DNA of 63,972 bases, counting the filler, from Phoronis australis (Eukaryota > Animalia > Phoronida), in NCBI GenBank assembly GCA_002633005.1. It is 10 parts of 10 records of this genome, joined end to end, with 100 filler letters (N's around TTAATTAATTAA, not from the genome) between each part and the next. Parts side by side here need not be neighbours in the genome. Positions count along the whole stretch, not along the records: positions 12,088 to 18,127 come from NMRA01002238.1; positions 18,228 to 20,898 come from NMRA01003508.1; positions 20,999 to 36,879 come from NMRA01000706.1; 7 more parts are not named here. The stretch is one strand, 5' to 3'. The notes below the pieces were generated by a model that worked only from the letters and a program-made list of their open reading frames with translations, did not search any database and was not told the origin of the DNA. The position numbers and the translations under genes are program-made. This document shows, in pieces, positions 12,900 through 26,154 of the stretch (the stretch's first letter is position 1; every line of letters starts with the position of its first letter).

Positions 12900-13600
12900 C
12901 TGAGCCTTTTCTAAGCCTGAGGATTCTTGGATAGCCGTGAAAAAACATTAAAACGTACAAGGTCGTTGTCGAGTTGTGAGAACAATTTTACTATAAATGT
13001 TTTAAAATACATCGCATAATATTTCTGAAAACCCCTTCTGCATATCTATGTAGTTGGAAAAAGGAACTGTCGAGTTTTCCCCCAAAATGAACCCGGTCTC
13101 CTGAACGGTCAGAATCCGCTAAGCCAATGAAACTTTCTTGTAAAATTGTCCGGAAACAAGTCGCTAGCAATATGTTGTAATAACTTCAGTGTAGGTTCAC
13201 TTGTTATATGTCACGGAATCAGGCTGTTAGTGTTTGCCAGATGGAACACACTAGTGACAGCAAATGTCTAGACTTGACCAGGCGAATACACGTGTTGTTG
13301 GTCACTTTATACTAGGGAAAAATGGGAAACGAACAACAGGACAAGGACATGGTCGAAAAAAATTGATGAATGTAACAACTGAATAACATGAATTCCTATT
13401 ATTCAGTGGATTAGATAGTGACCACTGTCTCTATCTGGCCCCAGTAGAGACAGTGAAGCTCCTCTGAGAGTTTCATACATTGATAGATTTTCTGTGACTT
13501 ATGCCTCATCAAAGTCATTTTGTTTAAGTACCTCTTGCTCATAGAGGGACACCTTAGGTACCCATTGATGTCTTTAATTTCTTCCAACTCAAACAAATAC
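12900..13600 (-). pseudogene. Probable decayed RecQ-like SF2 helicase fragments (AcademH-type)
   Basis: LFELEEIKD...KSQKIYQC...VVTI/NPLN resembles RecQ motifs I and Ia (GKS..YQ, VV.ISPL). GFSEILCDV near 13030 resembles the C-terminus. Heavily degenerate. Confidence 0.4.
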
Positions 13601-15218
13601 TCCTGTAATGTACCTTTTCTTCACTCAGTCCTTTGTTCAGTTGCCCAAATCGTCAACTGGCCAGTTTTACACTGCGCGCCCACCTATTTTTACCGCGCCT
13701 GCCAGTGTGAGGCATAATTCAGTGGATGAAACTTGTTATCCATGTCAGGGACCATTATATGCGAGCAGAGTCATATTTTGTAATTCTGTAACTATAGAAT
13801 TTCTGCAAAAGGTTAATTAAACATATTTCTCATCTGCAGTACTAAAATTGATCAGCTTGATTAAAATTTTACAGCCGTAAGTCAACTTGAACACAGATAA
13901 TTCTAGGAGGCTCATCAGTCATGCTAGTAAAAATTGAATGCCTTTCATTGCTATTTACGTATATTTAATTTCAGATGGTGAGCTGTAATACTCCACTGAA
14001 AAAGGCAAAGTCAAAGACATGCATATTATGTGGCAAATTGTTATACTCTGACTCTCACGCACACAAAGTTAAAAAATTCTGCATTAAAGCAGAGGTACTT
14101 GGATTTTTTTTAACTCGTTTACATTCAATTCAACAATGATTTGCTGGACACTAGGCCTGTGTTTATTTGTAGCTCACAGTAGCGGATCTACGGGGGGGTC
14201 AGGGGGTTTAAACCCCCCTTCGGGCCAGGACCCAAAAATAAAAAAAAACGTCAAATGCAAAACAAAAACGGCACCGCCAGCGTGTGTAAACCCCAGGTAA
14301 ACCAACTTGGGAAAAAATGAGGAGGGGTTTCACTCTGAAAATATATTGTTTGCATTGTGAATTGCTGTTATGAAAATCAACGCATTTCGAGTCTTCGTGG
14401 CTCATCGGCAAAACCCCGGAGATCAATTGTGCGCGCGCTTCCGTCGACACTTCTGAAGTACACTAGCCAAGCATTTTAGATGGATCCACCGCTGAAAGAG
14501 CAGCTCTATAGCTGATTTCTTTAGGTAACTAGTTTCTTAACTCTAAGATTTGTTTTGATTTGATTAGGGGAAATACCGTGGTGCCGCAACCATGATATTC
14601 AGGCAACGTTTTTACCTCATCTGTCATGCCGTGTCATCCTATTACACCCCACACGTTTGTAACTGGTGCATAGTAAAGTTGTCTTGCGCAATATCATACA
14701 CTGTACACGTAATACTTTTGAAAAAAAAATCGTTTTCCGAAGAATTGCTGTTGTGGCGGGCGCCATGGTCTGGTCGCGAGTCTGTTTGAAGATGCACTCT
14801 AACAAGTTATGTCTATACAAGGAATGACCAAGGAGACACTCACATTGACAAAGTGACCGCATTCGCGAACAGTGTACAGTACCAGAAATTTGCTGAGAGG
14901 CTGTATTTTCACAACAAAGTCATGCGGGACTCGTGCGATGTTCAATAGGCCTCCTAAGGAGCCCGAAGTGCCGACCTCAACACCTACCGTCTTTCTACCT
15001 GCAATAAGCACCACTGCCATTTTCTATACTGGGAATTTCCGCAGAAAGGCCCACCCGACGAAACGCCCATGCCCATGGGCATTTATTTGATGTTAGTACT
15101 TCGGGTTTCAAGCGTTCAGACATTGGGACGTTTGTTTCGAAAATTGCAAGAGATGCAAATGGGTCCTGGGATACATCGTCAAGGTTTGAAGTAGTCCGTG
15201 ATGAACGGATCAAATTTA

Positions 15219-15488
15219 GTTGCGCATGCTGTAAGTCTTTTGAATGGACTTGGTAACCTCAGGGGGCTTAGTGCCAACTGAGCTGCGAAACGAGATGCTG
15301 ACATTGTAGAGGCGTACAAGCTCATTGACAGAGCAGTTGACGAAGTGCAAGTGTTGGGAACAAACATGAAAGACGTCTGGGTAGAATGGTTCCAAGACGA
15401 GCAAACCATTAAATCCGATATACAGATTCCTCGGCAGCCTAGACAACAGAAAGATAGGACCAACGTTCCTGGAGAAACACCCAGGTAA
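15219..15488 (+). pseudogene. hAT (Tip100/THAP12-like) transposase remnant
   Basis: LNGLGNLRGLSAN*AAKRDADIVEAYKLID...IQIPRQPRQQKDRTNVPGETP, typical of the region before the hAT dimerisation domain. One in-frame stop. Confidence 0.8.
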
Positions 15489-15934
15489 TAAGTTATAATT
15501 CTACACAGTTTGTAATAATGTCGGTTTTTTATGCTTGTGTACAATGAAAACGAAATAGAAATTAGTTTTGGTCATGCCAAATTTACCCAGTACACCAGAG
15601 GGTCTACGAGCGCACAGAAACTGATTCTGGTTTGTATTTCCACTTGAGTCTAATGCTTCATATCCAAAATCTATTTCACGTAGTGCGTAGTTAAATCTGT
15701 ACTCAATACTTGTTTCTTCCAGGGAGTACCGGGTACTACAGAACGGTGCGAAAACCCTTCCTAGACAACCTCTCGCAATTGACCACCAGATGAGTAAACT
15801 ACACGTATGAGCAACCACTGAGGATTAAAAAGTGTCTAGAGAGAAGTTTTCAATTCAAATTTTTTTTGCAAAGTACGCTTTAGGTCTCGTGACGGACCAG
15901 GTCAGCCTTTTTGTGTACTCTCAGTGTACATATG

Positions 15935-16887
15935 CAGTAGCGGATCTAGGATATCACAAGGGGGGGGCAACATTTTGTCCGGCTGTAAGCATTTGCGCAA
16001 ACCAGGATTGTAGCTGCGCAAAGCACCGAATGGGGGGAGGTTGGGAGGGGAGCTCCCCACCCGCCCAGGAAAATTTTTTTTTTCCTTTAACAATCAGTAT
16101 TTTCCTTGATTCCTGAAGTATTATCCAAGAAAAAAGGCAAAAAAAATCGGAGAACGTGTCAAACAGGAAAAACTACAATTATCAGAGACTTGAAACCATG
16201 ACCTGACGAATAGAGCGCGCGTGCTTTACCACCGTGACTACACCACCACAACTTAGCTACTAATTTCGTGAAAAGAGACCTTCTTGTTTATGGTCCACAG
16301 CGTTTGCGCGCGAAACCTACTTCTTTTTGTAATGCTTATTACACGTTTTATATTTTGTGAAATAGGTTCTTAACAAATTTGTTATGTTTAAAATAGTCTT
16401 CAGATGCCCAAAAGACCAAATTCGTTTTTCGTGTTGGCAATAATGACGGGATTGCCTTGGAAATCGTCTTAAGTTAAGGTTTGAGAAAGAGAGAATTATG
16501 AGTTTCTGAGTGATTCACTCAGGCTTCGATTGAAATTCTCGTCTTACCAGCAGCTTCTGTTTTTTGATCGCCATTCAGGTTCCATTTTCTTTAAAAAATG
16601 AAGTAAATTTTCTTCATTGGACAGTGGAGCAGACGACGGAAACGGAGTCGTAGTGCGCAGCGCTTCTGCCGGTCGCCTGGGATATTATGGGAGAGCCTAT
16701 GCTTACCCATAGTTCCGTTACGAATGCGCCGTGTTCCGAATTTAACACTTGAAATTGGATCTGAGCCCCCCCCCCCAAACACTAAAACTGCACACATTTA
16801 AATCTTGTTTCATCCGTATAATTTTAATTACCGGGGTTTATTAATAAACTCAACATTTCCCTTATACGCTCTTGCTGTTTTCGTTAT
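15935..16887 (+). mobile_element. Non-autonomous hAT-like MITE nested in the 14177-17367 element; right end lost in the N gap (16888-17173)
   Basis: Starts CAGTAGCGGATCTAGGATATCACAAGGGGG and aligns throughout with the complete copy at 44325-45201. Confidence 0.88.
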
Positions 16888-18280
16888 NNNNNNNNNNNNN
16901 NNNNNNNNNNNNNNNNNNNNNNNNNNNNNNNNNNNNNNNNNNNNNNNNNNNNNNNNNNNNNNNNNNNNNNNNNNNNNNNNNNNNNNNNNNNNNNNNNNNN
17001 NNNNNNNNNNNNNNNNNNNNNNNNNNNNNNNNNNNNNNNNNNNNNNNNNNNNNNNNNNNNNNNNNNNNNNNNNNNNNNNNNNNNNNNNNNNNNNNNNNNN
17101 NNNNNNNNNNNNNNNNNNNNNNNNNNNNNNNNNNNNNNNNNNNNNNNNNNNNNNNNNNNNNNNNNNNNNNNNNAACTCCAGGGACATGTTAAGTGCCAGA
17201 AACGTACGAGGATGCATGGAAATTTCACTGTTTGGCTACAAAAACAAAAAGTTGTCTTACACGGGAGGGGGTTTACCCGACCTCCCCCCGCTCGGCGCCA
17301 CGCGCCTCGGATTCTACCTTTGCGGGAATCCTAACCCCCCCTTACTGAAAACGTAGATCCGCCACTGGCTCATGCATTCAGTTTTGTACAAAACTCACAG
17401 TTGCAGAAATCAGCAAGAATGGATGTTAATATTCTCATTGCTCAGTCTGAAGATCGACAGAAACATGTACTAATTGATTTGCCATCTGTTTCTAAGAAGC
17501 CAACAGGAGCAAAGAGATTGTTAAATTTTGAGTCCGAGTTAGTTGACCATGGGTATTCAGTATCTGATGATTATCAACAATCCAACCCTTTCGTGTCAAA
17601 CGTGTCTAAAGACTCAACTGAGCAACGTGATCGGAAACTGGGGTTTAAAATCAGTACATCTTTGGATGATCTTTGCAAGACTTCAGAAAAAAGTGTGCTT
17701 AGACTTCCCATGAGGGACCTGCATAACAAGCCGTTTCTTTGGAAAATTGTGAAAGAAGTGGAAAATCGTCCACATGGGCTACCACTTCTGTGTGTCATTC
17801 ACTTCATATTGCTGTGATTAAGAATGACTTCACTGTAGCCATAATGTATGGGATACGTGTAGATGTTTGCCAAAAAGCTGTACAGAAGCTATTCTCTGCT
17901 GCTTGTATTCGTCATCATGCTGGCAATGGTGTATGTTTGAACATTTTTCAGATGGATCACATTTATAGCTTATAATTGTTTTTAACATATATTTTTAGCA
18001 AAGGTGACATAGTTGATTATAGCAATTAGATCAGAGATATATTACATTAAGAATTCTCCAGATCGAGACAGCCTCCTAAATTCAGAACACAGAAATCATG
18101 GCTGAAATTTAATTTTTTCATTCTGAANNNNNNNNNNNNNNNNNNNNNNNNNNNNNNNNNNNNNNNNNNNNTTAATTAATTAANNNNNNNNNNNNNNNNN
18201 NNNNNNNNNNNNNNNNNNNNNNNNNNNCGTGATACTTCCACGAGTGTACGTCTGGCTATTTCCTCCTATGGCTTTTTCAG

Positions 18281-18412
18281 AGATTGAGAGTCGATGGGTC
18301 GAGACCTACTTCCCGTTTACACATCCATCCTGGGAGTTGGAGATTAAGTACAAGGAAGAGTGGATTGAGATGCTGGGCTGCGGGATCATGGAGCAAGATA
18401 TATTAGACAACG
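18281..18412 (+). CDS. FARS2: Mitochondrial phenylalanyl-tRNA synthetase, internal exon (132 bp, phase 1-1)
   Basis: EIESRWVETYFPFTHPSWELEIKYKEEWIEMLGCGIMEQDILDN; tttttcag acceptor and gtatgt donor. Confidence 0.96.
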
Positions 18413-19194
18413 GTATGTCTGGACGTGTCCAAATTTAGATATTGACTGGTTAGGAGGTAGGAGTTTTGGGAAGTGTGAGTGGTGCATAGGGTGGAGGGTT
18501 ATTGTGACCATTAACCATGTTTCCTGAACTTGGTGCCTCAACTTTCACCCCCCCCCCCTATCATCACCTAATTTATCCTTACTAGTTTCCTGAAAATTTT
18601 GTCTGACAGTTGTTAGTGCTTGAAATATGGCTCAGCAAAGTTTGCTTGGCTTGGAAAGTCATTTTCTGAGCACAATTTAATCCGAGTGAGAAAGAAACAA
18701 GTTGAGACAAATTTTATAGTGGTAAGTAGGGTAAGTAAAAACTCACAGAAGATGGGTTTAAAAGCTACTTCACTCTGCTCCAAAAAAATCCACTCAGTTG
18801 TTCAAAACACAGGTAGCTCTATCTTAGTCAATTGCGCAGGAAGAGATGTCTTAAACATTGATTTTATCGGTGAGTTGTGACTGTGCCTACTACAGCTCTT
18901 GGTATTTGTCCATCTGTTGCATTACACCGTGTTAAAATGTCACATGAGCTAAAGTGGTGCTCGTATTTGAAAAATGTTCTGTTTATAATATATTTGTTCT
19001 TAGTGCAAATATTGGTGTCTGGTGGACACGTGTGTGCATATCAAATCCAATTTTAGTGACCACATGATCAGTCCTAGTTGTGTAATTCCAGTTGCAGTAT
19101 CTGCGCAATAACCAGTGTGCAATACCACAACTTCCTCTCTGATTATCTGGTGTTTACCCGCAATGCTGCTTATCTATTGGAGAGTTGAATCTGA

Positions 19195-19392
<198 letters not shown>

Positions 19393-20076
19393 TGATGGAT
19401 GGGGTGTCGGTTATTAATAAATTTTTGTCTAAAAATGTGGTGCGTAGTGCCTTTACATTCAGGAATAACAGTCAACGGGCACATTTAGCTCTAGATTTTC
19501 AAAAGTATGGAATAAAATTCAAGATTGGTATGTATTTTCTGAAAGTAAAAAGCTTGTAAAGCTTAATTTTGAACCTCACGCCAATCTGCCATAGATTTGG
19601 GTAGACATGACCCGAGTGCATTTCAGGAAGGTCTTAAAAAGGTAGTCAAAACAAACTGGCAGTTTTATAACATTGTGCAATTTTATTTGGATGTTAATAT
19701 TCCAACGAAATCTCAAAAATGTGATTTCGTTACAATCTTTTGGTTTACTTTAATTATGCAATTTTTATGACGAAATTCAATATTTTCGTAAAACCATCTA
19801 AGCATGTATGTTCACTGAAAACTTGTGTAAAAATGAAGCTTTTTATGCACCTGCATAATTTATTTGTATGTGGGCACAACATTATTAATAAACATGTTAC
19901 ATGTGCAAATGAGAACTTGTAAATGGTTGATATTGTTTCAAAAGGTTCTCAAGTGGTCTGTATTTAATCTGTTTATGATTTTAAATACCAATTGCTTAGC
20001 ACTTAGTTAGAAACACACTCTGTAAATTCTGGAAGCGTCACTTCTGTCGTTATCTACTCATTTTCTTTTTTTCCAG

Positions 20077-20361
20077 CCCATCAGTCAGTATTCTCCATGT
20101 AACAACGACTTGTCTTTCTGGGTACCTGATGGGTATAATGCTAACGACTTCTACGATCTGTTGAGAACGGTTGCCGGTGATATTGTGGAGCGAGCAGAAC
20201 TAATTGACGAATTTAAGCACCCTAAGACTGGGCGAACGAGTCATTGTTACAGAATCGTGTACCGCCACATGGAGCGAACTCTCACGCAGACGGAAGTGAA
20301 TTTAATTCACCGCAAAGTCGAAGAGGAGTCCACGAAACAGTTGGGCGTGGAAATTCGATGA
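20077..20361 (+). CDS. FARS2: Mitochondrial PheRS, terminal exon (FDX-ACB anticodon-binding domain)
   Basis: [17 protein letters not shown]...[28 protein letters not shown]...LGVEIR then TGA; strong pyrimidine tract before ccag. Confidence 0.96.
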   Translation, partial: PISQYSPCNNDLSFWVPDGYNANDFYDLLRTVAGDIVERAELIDEFKHPKTGRTSHCYRIVYRHMERTLTQTEVNLIHRKVEEESTKQLGVEIR

Positions 20362-20998
20362 TGCTTTTTCATCCCAGATCAATTCACTAGCTTGTATAAT
20401 TATGCATCCACTTCAAAAATGGCTCGTGATTTTTGAAGGAACCTGTCTGAAAGAAATTCTGATTGACAGTGCACAAAAGGTATTTAAAGGGACACTGTAT
20501 TGATGCCAGGGCAAGACATAGTTTGCACAAAATCTGATGTTCTGTGTTATATGGCACTGTCCTCATTTCCAGCTAGGGATGGTCAGCATTGTCTATTAGT
20601 ATTAGTTTTGTGACAAGGTAATTGATATTTTTGCCTGTCAACAGTTTGAACTGTGGCCCGAGAACACAATGAGGTAATATGTATCATTGGAAATTTGGGC
20701 ACATGTTATTACTTGGCCAAAATGGTGACTCACTCTGTAAGTTAATCCAGTTTACCGGTGCTAACAATTCTTTACTGTGTGCAAGAGAACTAATAATAAT
20801 TTAGTTTGATGTACACAGTTGGTATTGGTCAATCCGTTGATAAATTTTCTTTGTTTGTAATGAAACTACGATGTGAACTGATTCCTCTGTTGGTTCTCNN
20901 NNNNNNNNNNNNNNNNNNNNNNNNNNNNNNNNNNNNNNNNNNTTAATTAATTAANNNNNNNNNNNNNNNNNNNNNNNNNNNNNNNNNNNNNNNNNNNN

Positions 20999-22038
20999 TT
21001 CTTCAGCAATTGCATCAGCCTTGCAGATGCAGAGAGGCTGTTAGTTTGCTGACAGAAATTCCTCCAGGAATTGCGCTTTGCTTTGCGTGTGGCAGACTTA
21101 AACATACGATAGGCAAGATGATATGCATCCCAGCACTCGTCAGTGTCAGTCCGAATTGCCGCTCTGTGAGCTTTACGTGCCTTACCCCGAAGTGCTGCCA
21201 GTTCTTTGGTCCACCAAATCTGTTGTTTTGGTTTCCCAGTGACCTTAATACAGCGTTTGGGGCAGGAAATATCTAGTGACTTGGTCAGGGCATTGTTAAT
21301 GTCATCTGCCAATTTGTTAACATCAGAACGAGTCTTGATATTTGTTGTTCCTAGAGTAGAAAGAAGTTTGGAAACCTTTGAACGATAGAGTTCCCAGTTC
21401 ACCTTATTGGTGTTCCTATACTCATTTAATAGTGGAACAACGAAAGTCGCCACTTCAAACCTGATGTATCTGTGGTCAGATAAAGAAGGTGCAGAATCCA
21501 CTCTCCAATTAGTTACCACATCAACAGCAGGCAAATTAACCAGAGTCAGGTCGATAACCTCCTGCCGGTTTCTGACAACAAATGTGGACTCATGGCCCTT
21601 GTTGCATATTAAAAGTTGTGAGCTGACAATAAACTCTAGAAGTGCCTCACCTCTTGGGTTGGTGTCAGTGCTGTGCCACACCTCGTGATGTGAACTGGCA
21701 TCACAACAGATAACCAAAGGGATATTCTTGGCTCTGCAGTGATTGGTGATTTGTTGCAGTTTAGGTGGGGGTGGGTTCTCGGCGGAGTCCCCTGGCATAT
21801 AGGCTGAGACCCACCATACTGTGCATATTAGACCAATTGGTCTTAGTGTATCACAGGACACTGCCACAGTGTCCCTGTCACAAAATTCAGGAAGGATTCT
21901 TGAGGTTATGTCCTTGGATACCAGAATCGCAGCCCTGGGCTTGATGTTGTTACCCAGAGAAGCAATATAAGATTTGGCATTCCTAGGAGTGTTCATCATT
22001 GCACTTCCCCGACAGCACGGCTCTTGTATGAAGGCCAT
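20999..22038 (-). mobile_element. Non-LTR retrotransposon ORF2 fragment (APE endonuclease plus pre-RT region), LOA/R1-like; cut by spacer
   Basis: About 345 open codons with IQEP, SAYMPGD..PPP, CDASSHH..W.STDTN.RGE, IDLTL, SDHRYIRF, WWTKEL and KRNSWRNFC. Confidence 0.92.
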
Positions 22039-24960
22039 GATTAGGGTATTGCGCTCAAGCGTATGTAATGGAACAACTTAGGTAGTATAAAAGGATTCTT
22101 GCCTAGTTGTCAGGCGGACAAAGGTTATCGGTTCCACGTGTTACTACTAATTGTTTCAACAAACCGTTGTTCACATGTTGTCGGTCCGTTTTCACATTAG
22201 TGCATCTGTAGACCTAAGTGTGAATCTATATTCAACCCAATGCCAAAATATCTTCAGAGATAAGTGACGTTCATGTTCTTTGTATCCAAACTGTCCACAT
22301 TTAGTCGTTATGAGATATGAAGTAAGTTGCTAATTTCCCTCGCTTTTGAATATATGACTGTAGAAGCCTATTACTGTGTGTTATTGATCTCGTTTTAGTG
22401 TGTGGGCTATATGTGCCTGAGCATCAGGTCCAGACGATTGCACAACAATTGCCGATGGAACGTATTTCTGCGGCATCCACTTAATTGACGAGACAATCAC
22501 CGCCAATACTGCATAGAGGATATTGAGCTGATTTTAATACATGGGATATATTGCGGCGACGAGTGTTACATTAGCGCCGTTGTGGTGTTAGTGTCGTTCG
22601 TACATCTGTGTTTGGTTGGAACTACTATTCCGGTTGTGTTAGGTGGCACTGAACAGTTAGACTGCGGCCTCGGCCAATTTGCACTCCCAGAATATTAAAA
22701 TCTATGTATTGGCCAGGCTTTGGGGGCATTTTTAGTTAGGTGTTGTATGTAGGCCAAGTGAATTTGGTTTGTTTGTATTTAGTGAACATGCTGAGAATTA
22801 AAAAAGGCCACTTTCTTGGCTGTAGCTGCACTCTTCTTCAATATGGCGGCCCCCTGTTGCAGTTGTGCATTGCTGTGTAGCAACTGAGAAATTGGCCCTG
22901 ATTTCAGGTAGTCCTCAAACAAGCCAGATTTGCAAAAAAAAACTAGTTGGTTAACAGTACTTTTGCCGGACCACATTTTTGGAATCGGTAAGAAATTTGC
23001 TTTCGGAATCTATAATGTTGGCTTTAGTCGAGCATCGACAGGGAAGTTGTGGTTTTGGGGTGAAAAGTGGCGATTTTGCATTATATTGTCCTTATAGTTC
23101 TTAGTCTAGCTTGGTTGCCACTAGGAGTGAAAGGGTCAAAAATACCAGAGAGAACAAAGTTTCTGTGCTCATCTGTAGGGCTTGTGATGTGAAATGACTC
23201 AAAAGCTTTCTTTATTTAAATGCAGTTTTTGTCAGAGTGAAGAAAGGGTGAAGAGTCCATTGACGTGTGTTCTGATAGGTAAATCCATGTGAGAACTATG
23301 CAGTGTCTCCATTTTAGTGTCGTTCGTATGACTGTGTTTGGTTGGAATTAACTCTTCCGTTTCCGTCTTTGTCTTTAGGTGGCACTCAACAGCCCCCCTT
23401 TCAATAATGCTAGGACCTTGCTATAAAGCCCGTCTTTGGGAGAATTTCGTTAGATATTGCCGAGTATTTTAAATGAAATCACACCTGAATTAAACAAAGT
23501 CTATTGAAACTAATTCCTCATTAATCATGTTTTTACCTTTTTATGACTACCGGAAGTGCAGCCGACCAATGAGATATGTACATAGAGCTGACATCAGTGG
23601 GTTTTCCTTGAGCGGAGGGGTCCGCCATGTTGCTGATGAACCATGTTCATCGAGATGCGTGTGCACTGTATAGTATCTAAGAACTTATATTGGTAACAAC
23701 ACAGGATTTCAAGTAAAAACTCATAGCTTTAATGTCAGGATCACCAAGTGCAAAGTGGGATTTTTAGAAAATCATACAAGAAAATCATTGCATACTTGAG
23801 CACAGAATTAAAGGGTCTTAACGCTTATCTTTAGTTATAGCAGAAAACATCAAAAATAAAGTGTGACTTCTGGTATCATTGATATAATTTTTTGGTCTGT
23901 CGAGGCTTAAAAATTGAAACTGAAATAGAAGGATTTTGTGAGTGAGAATCCGATCGCAGAAACAATATTGTTCAACTTCATTTGTTCCCTAGAACACCCA
24001 TAAAAGTCGATTTCCGTAGTCTTTTGCCTGACTTTCCTTCTGAGATATATGTTTTTTTCTAGCAACCGAGAAGCACAAAAAGTGACTACAAGATTAATAG
24101 TTGGGCATTTTACAGAGTGAACACCAATTAGAAGATTTATTAAATATAGCCAGGTTCTTGGGAACAGGGCAGGATCGAAGGAAGGGATACTGCAAGAATA
24201 CTACACCCCACAATGCTATATTGGGACGGTAGAGGTTTTTTCTGTAGATTTCAAGAGATGGGACAAATGTTATGTAACCTTGCAAGCTATTAAAATCTGC
24301 AACTGTCTTACTTGAGGAAGATGGTCATTTTTATATTCTGTCCTGTTTATGGTCTTCTGCTACTTACTGTGTATCAATGCCTGGGTATGTAGGACAGAGC
24401 AGATAGAGTTTACGACCATTGAGTTTTGTCATATTTATTTTGTAGCGGGGTGTTGTCAATGTAAATGCACTAGTAACATAATTGTGTGCCTGCAAATGTC
24501 GGATCCAGCTGAATGTGAGGGATTAAATAAGAGTTGGTTGACATCTGACTTTTGCTGAAGTGAAGTGCGTGTACCAGTACGGCACAGTAACTTTATACGA
24601 GCGAGACATACCCCTTTTACTGCCAAGGTGTGATTTTACTGCGTGATATTTTGAAATAAACATATTTTGAAATAAATGAAAATTTTATTGTTTGAAATGG
24701 TTACAGTATCTCATTGCGTTGTTTCTGTGTGAACATTATTGTTGTTCTTTCCGTTCTGAATGGCCAATCAGGTGGAAGTGTGCGTGTTATTGAAAGAAAA
24801 AAAAACTGCCATTCCGCACATCATGGGTGGATAAAATGGATACATTGATTAGTGTAAAAAATAATATTGGTATAAGTTAATAATGCGAACGTCTTTTGAA
24901 AACTCTAGTTCCTCTTATTGCAGCCGGCGTGTTGTTTTACAACAGAGTCTATGTCACAAC

Positions 24961-26154
24961 TGTTTATTTGTTTATTTATTTATTGTGATATTTAAAATAA
25001 GGGTGGCCTCTTCAGTGATAGCACTGCTTTCCAGAGGGCCCTCAACAACAAAAAACAGTAACAACAACAATTAAATATACGAAACAAGGATACAATTACG
25101 ACGAATAATGGTGAAAATTTAACTAAGAGAGATGAAATAAATAACGAGATGACTCTAAACAGAGAGAGTATTTACGACAATGAAAAAATGACATGATTAA
25201 GACGGGTTAAGACGGGTAGGGTATGAAAAAGATTAGGTAAATCACACCCACATTTTAATATTATTGGGGACAAATAAAACAACAAGAATAATGTATATTT
25301 TAAGTTGTATTGGGAATTTCAGGGTCACAGCTCTACAAATAAGTATTTCACAGAAGGAACCAGATGGGTTCCTTAATTACAAGAGATAACACACACACAC
25401 ATTTCCGATACCCAAAGTACAACTGAGTATCGGATTGTAAGTGGCACAGGTTAGCGTAGTACCAAATGGGTACATAATACCAAATGGGTATTGGTCGATT
25501 GCCTACCAACTGGATCGAGCAAAACGGTAAATTCAATAACAAGTACCAAGTGGGCACAAACTGCCAAATGGCAAATGACTCTAAACAGAGAGAGTATTTA
25601 CGACAATGAAAAAATGACATGATTAAGACTGGTAGGGTATAAAAAAGATTAGGTAAATCACACCCACATTTTAATATTACGTTTGAAAGTATTAATTGAA
25701 TCAAACCGTTTAATTTCTGGGCTAAGAGAATTCCATATTGTAGTAGCAGCGTAGATAAAGGATCTCTTGCATGTAGCGGTTTTAATTCTTTTAAAAGAAA
25801 CATTTCCAGCAACAGAAGAAACTGTAGAATGGGAGGCTTCGTTGCTATTGAATTTCGGGGTGAGAAATTCTGGAGCCAAGCCATTGATATATCTGTTCAT
25901 ATAACACTAAGAGAGATTTATTTTTTGTTTTACTTTCGTAAATCCCAGCTTGGAATTCAACTCATCAATCCTAGTGTGCCTAATTCTAGACGTTTAAGTA
26001 CAACGATTTTCTTTGATAATTTCTTTGTGGTGTGATCTATGTGCATATTAAATTTAAGATTGGGATCTAAAATAAGGCCCAAGTACTTAAACTTGTCAAC
26101 ATTCTCGATGTGAGAACCGTTGATAGAAAGGGACAGTCTCAACTGTGAGACCAT
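24961..26154 (-). mobile_element. 5'-truncated L2/CR1-group LINE: ORF2 C-terminus, 3' UTR and (AATA)n tail
   Basis: IENVDKFKYLGLILDPNLKFNMHID and GLAPEFL...KRSFIYAATTIWNSLSPEIK..SINTFKRNIK; terminal stem GGCCCTCTG...GAGGCC followed by AATAAATAAATAAAC. Confidence 0.88.
25264..25574. repeat. Insert within the LINE, flanked by a ~110-bp direct repeat; second copy at 27318-27542
   Basis: 25149-25263 is repeated at 25575-25679. The insert has multiple TACCAAATGGG-like units and matches 27318-27542. Confidence 0.8.

Larger units (their letters stand above)
14177..17367 (+). mobile_element. hAT-superfamily element with 5-bp TSD GCTCA (hAT5-like), internally deleted
   Basis: TIR CAGTAGCGGATCTACG / CGTAGATCCGCCACTG (15/16). 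GCTCA at 14172-14176 and 17368-17372. Confidence 0.9.
13975..17970 (+). pseudogene. Decayed transposase-like gene (C2C2 zinc motif, DHxY, DUF6589/AcademH-like N-terminus) split by a hAT insertion
   Basis: MVSCNTPLKKAKSKTCILCGKLL starts at 13975. Removing 14177-17367 plus one TSD rebuilds VFICSSCIQFC, followed by AKRLLNF..DHGYS, SVLR..FLWKIVKE and VAIMYGI..AVQKLFS..HHA. Several frameshifts. Confidence 0.55.

Noticed and set aside
16805-17356. Long ORFs spanning 16888-17173
   Set aside because: Open only because of the N run.
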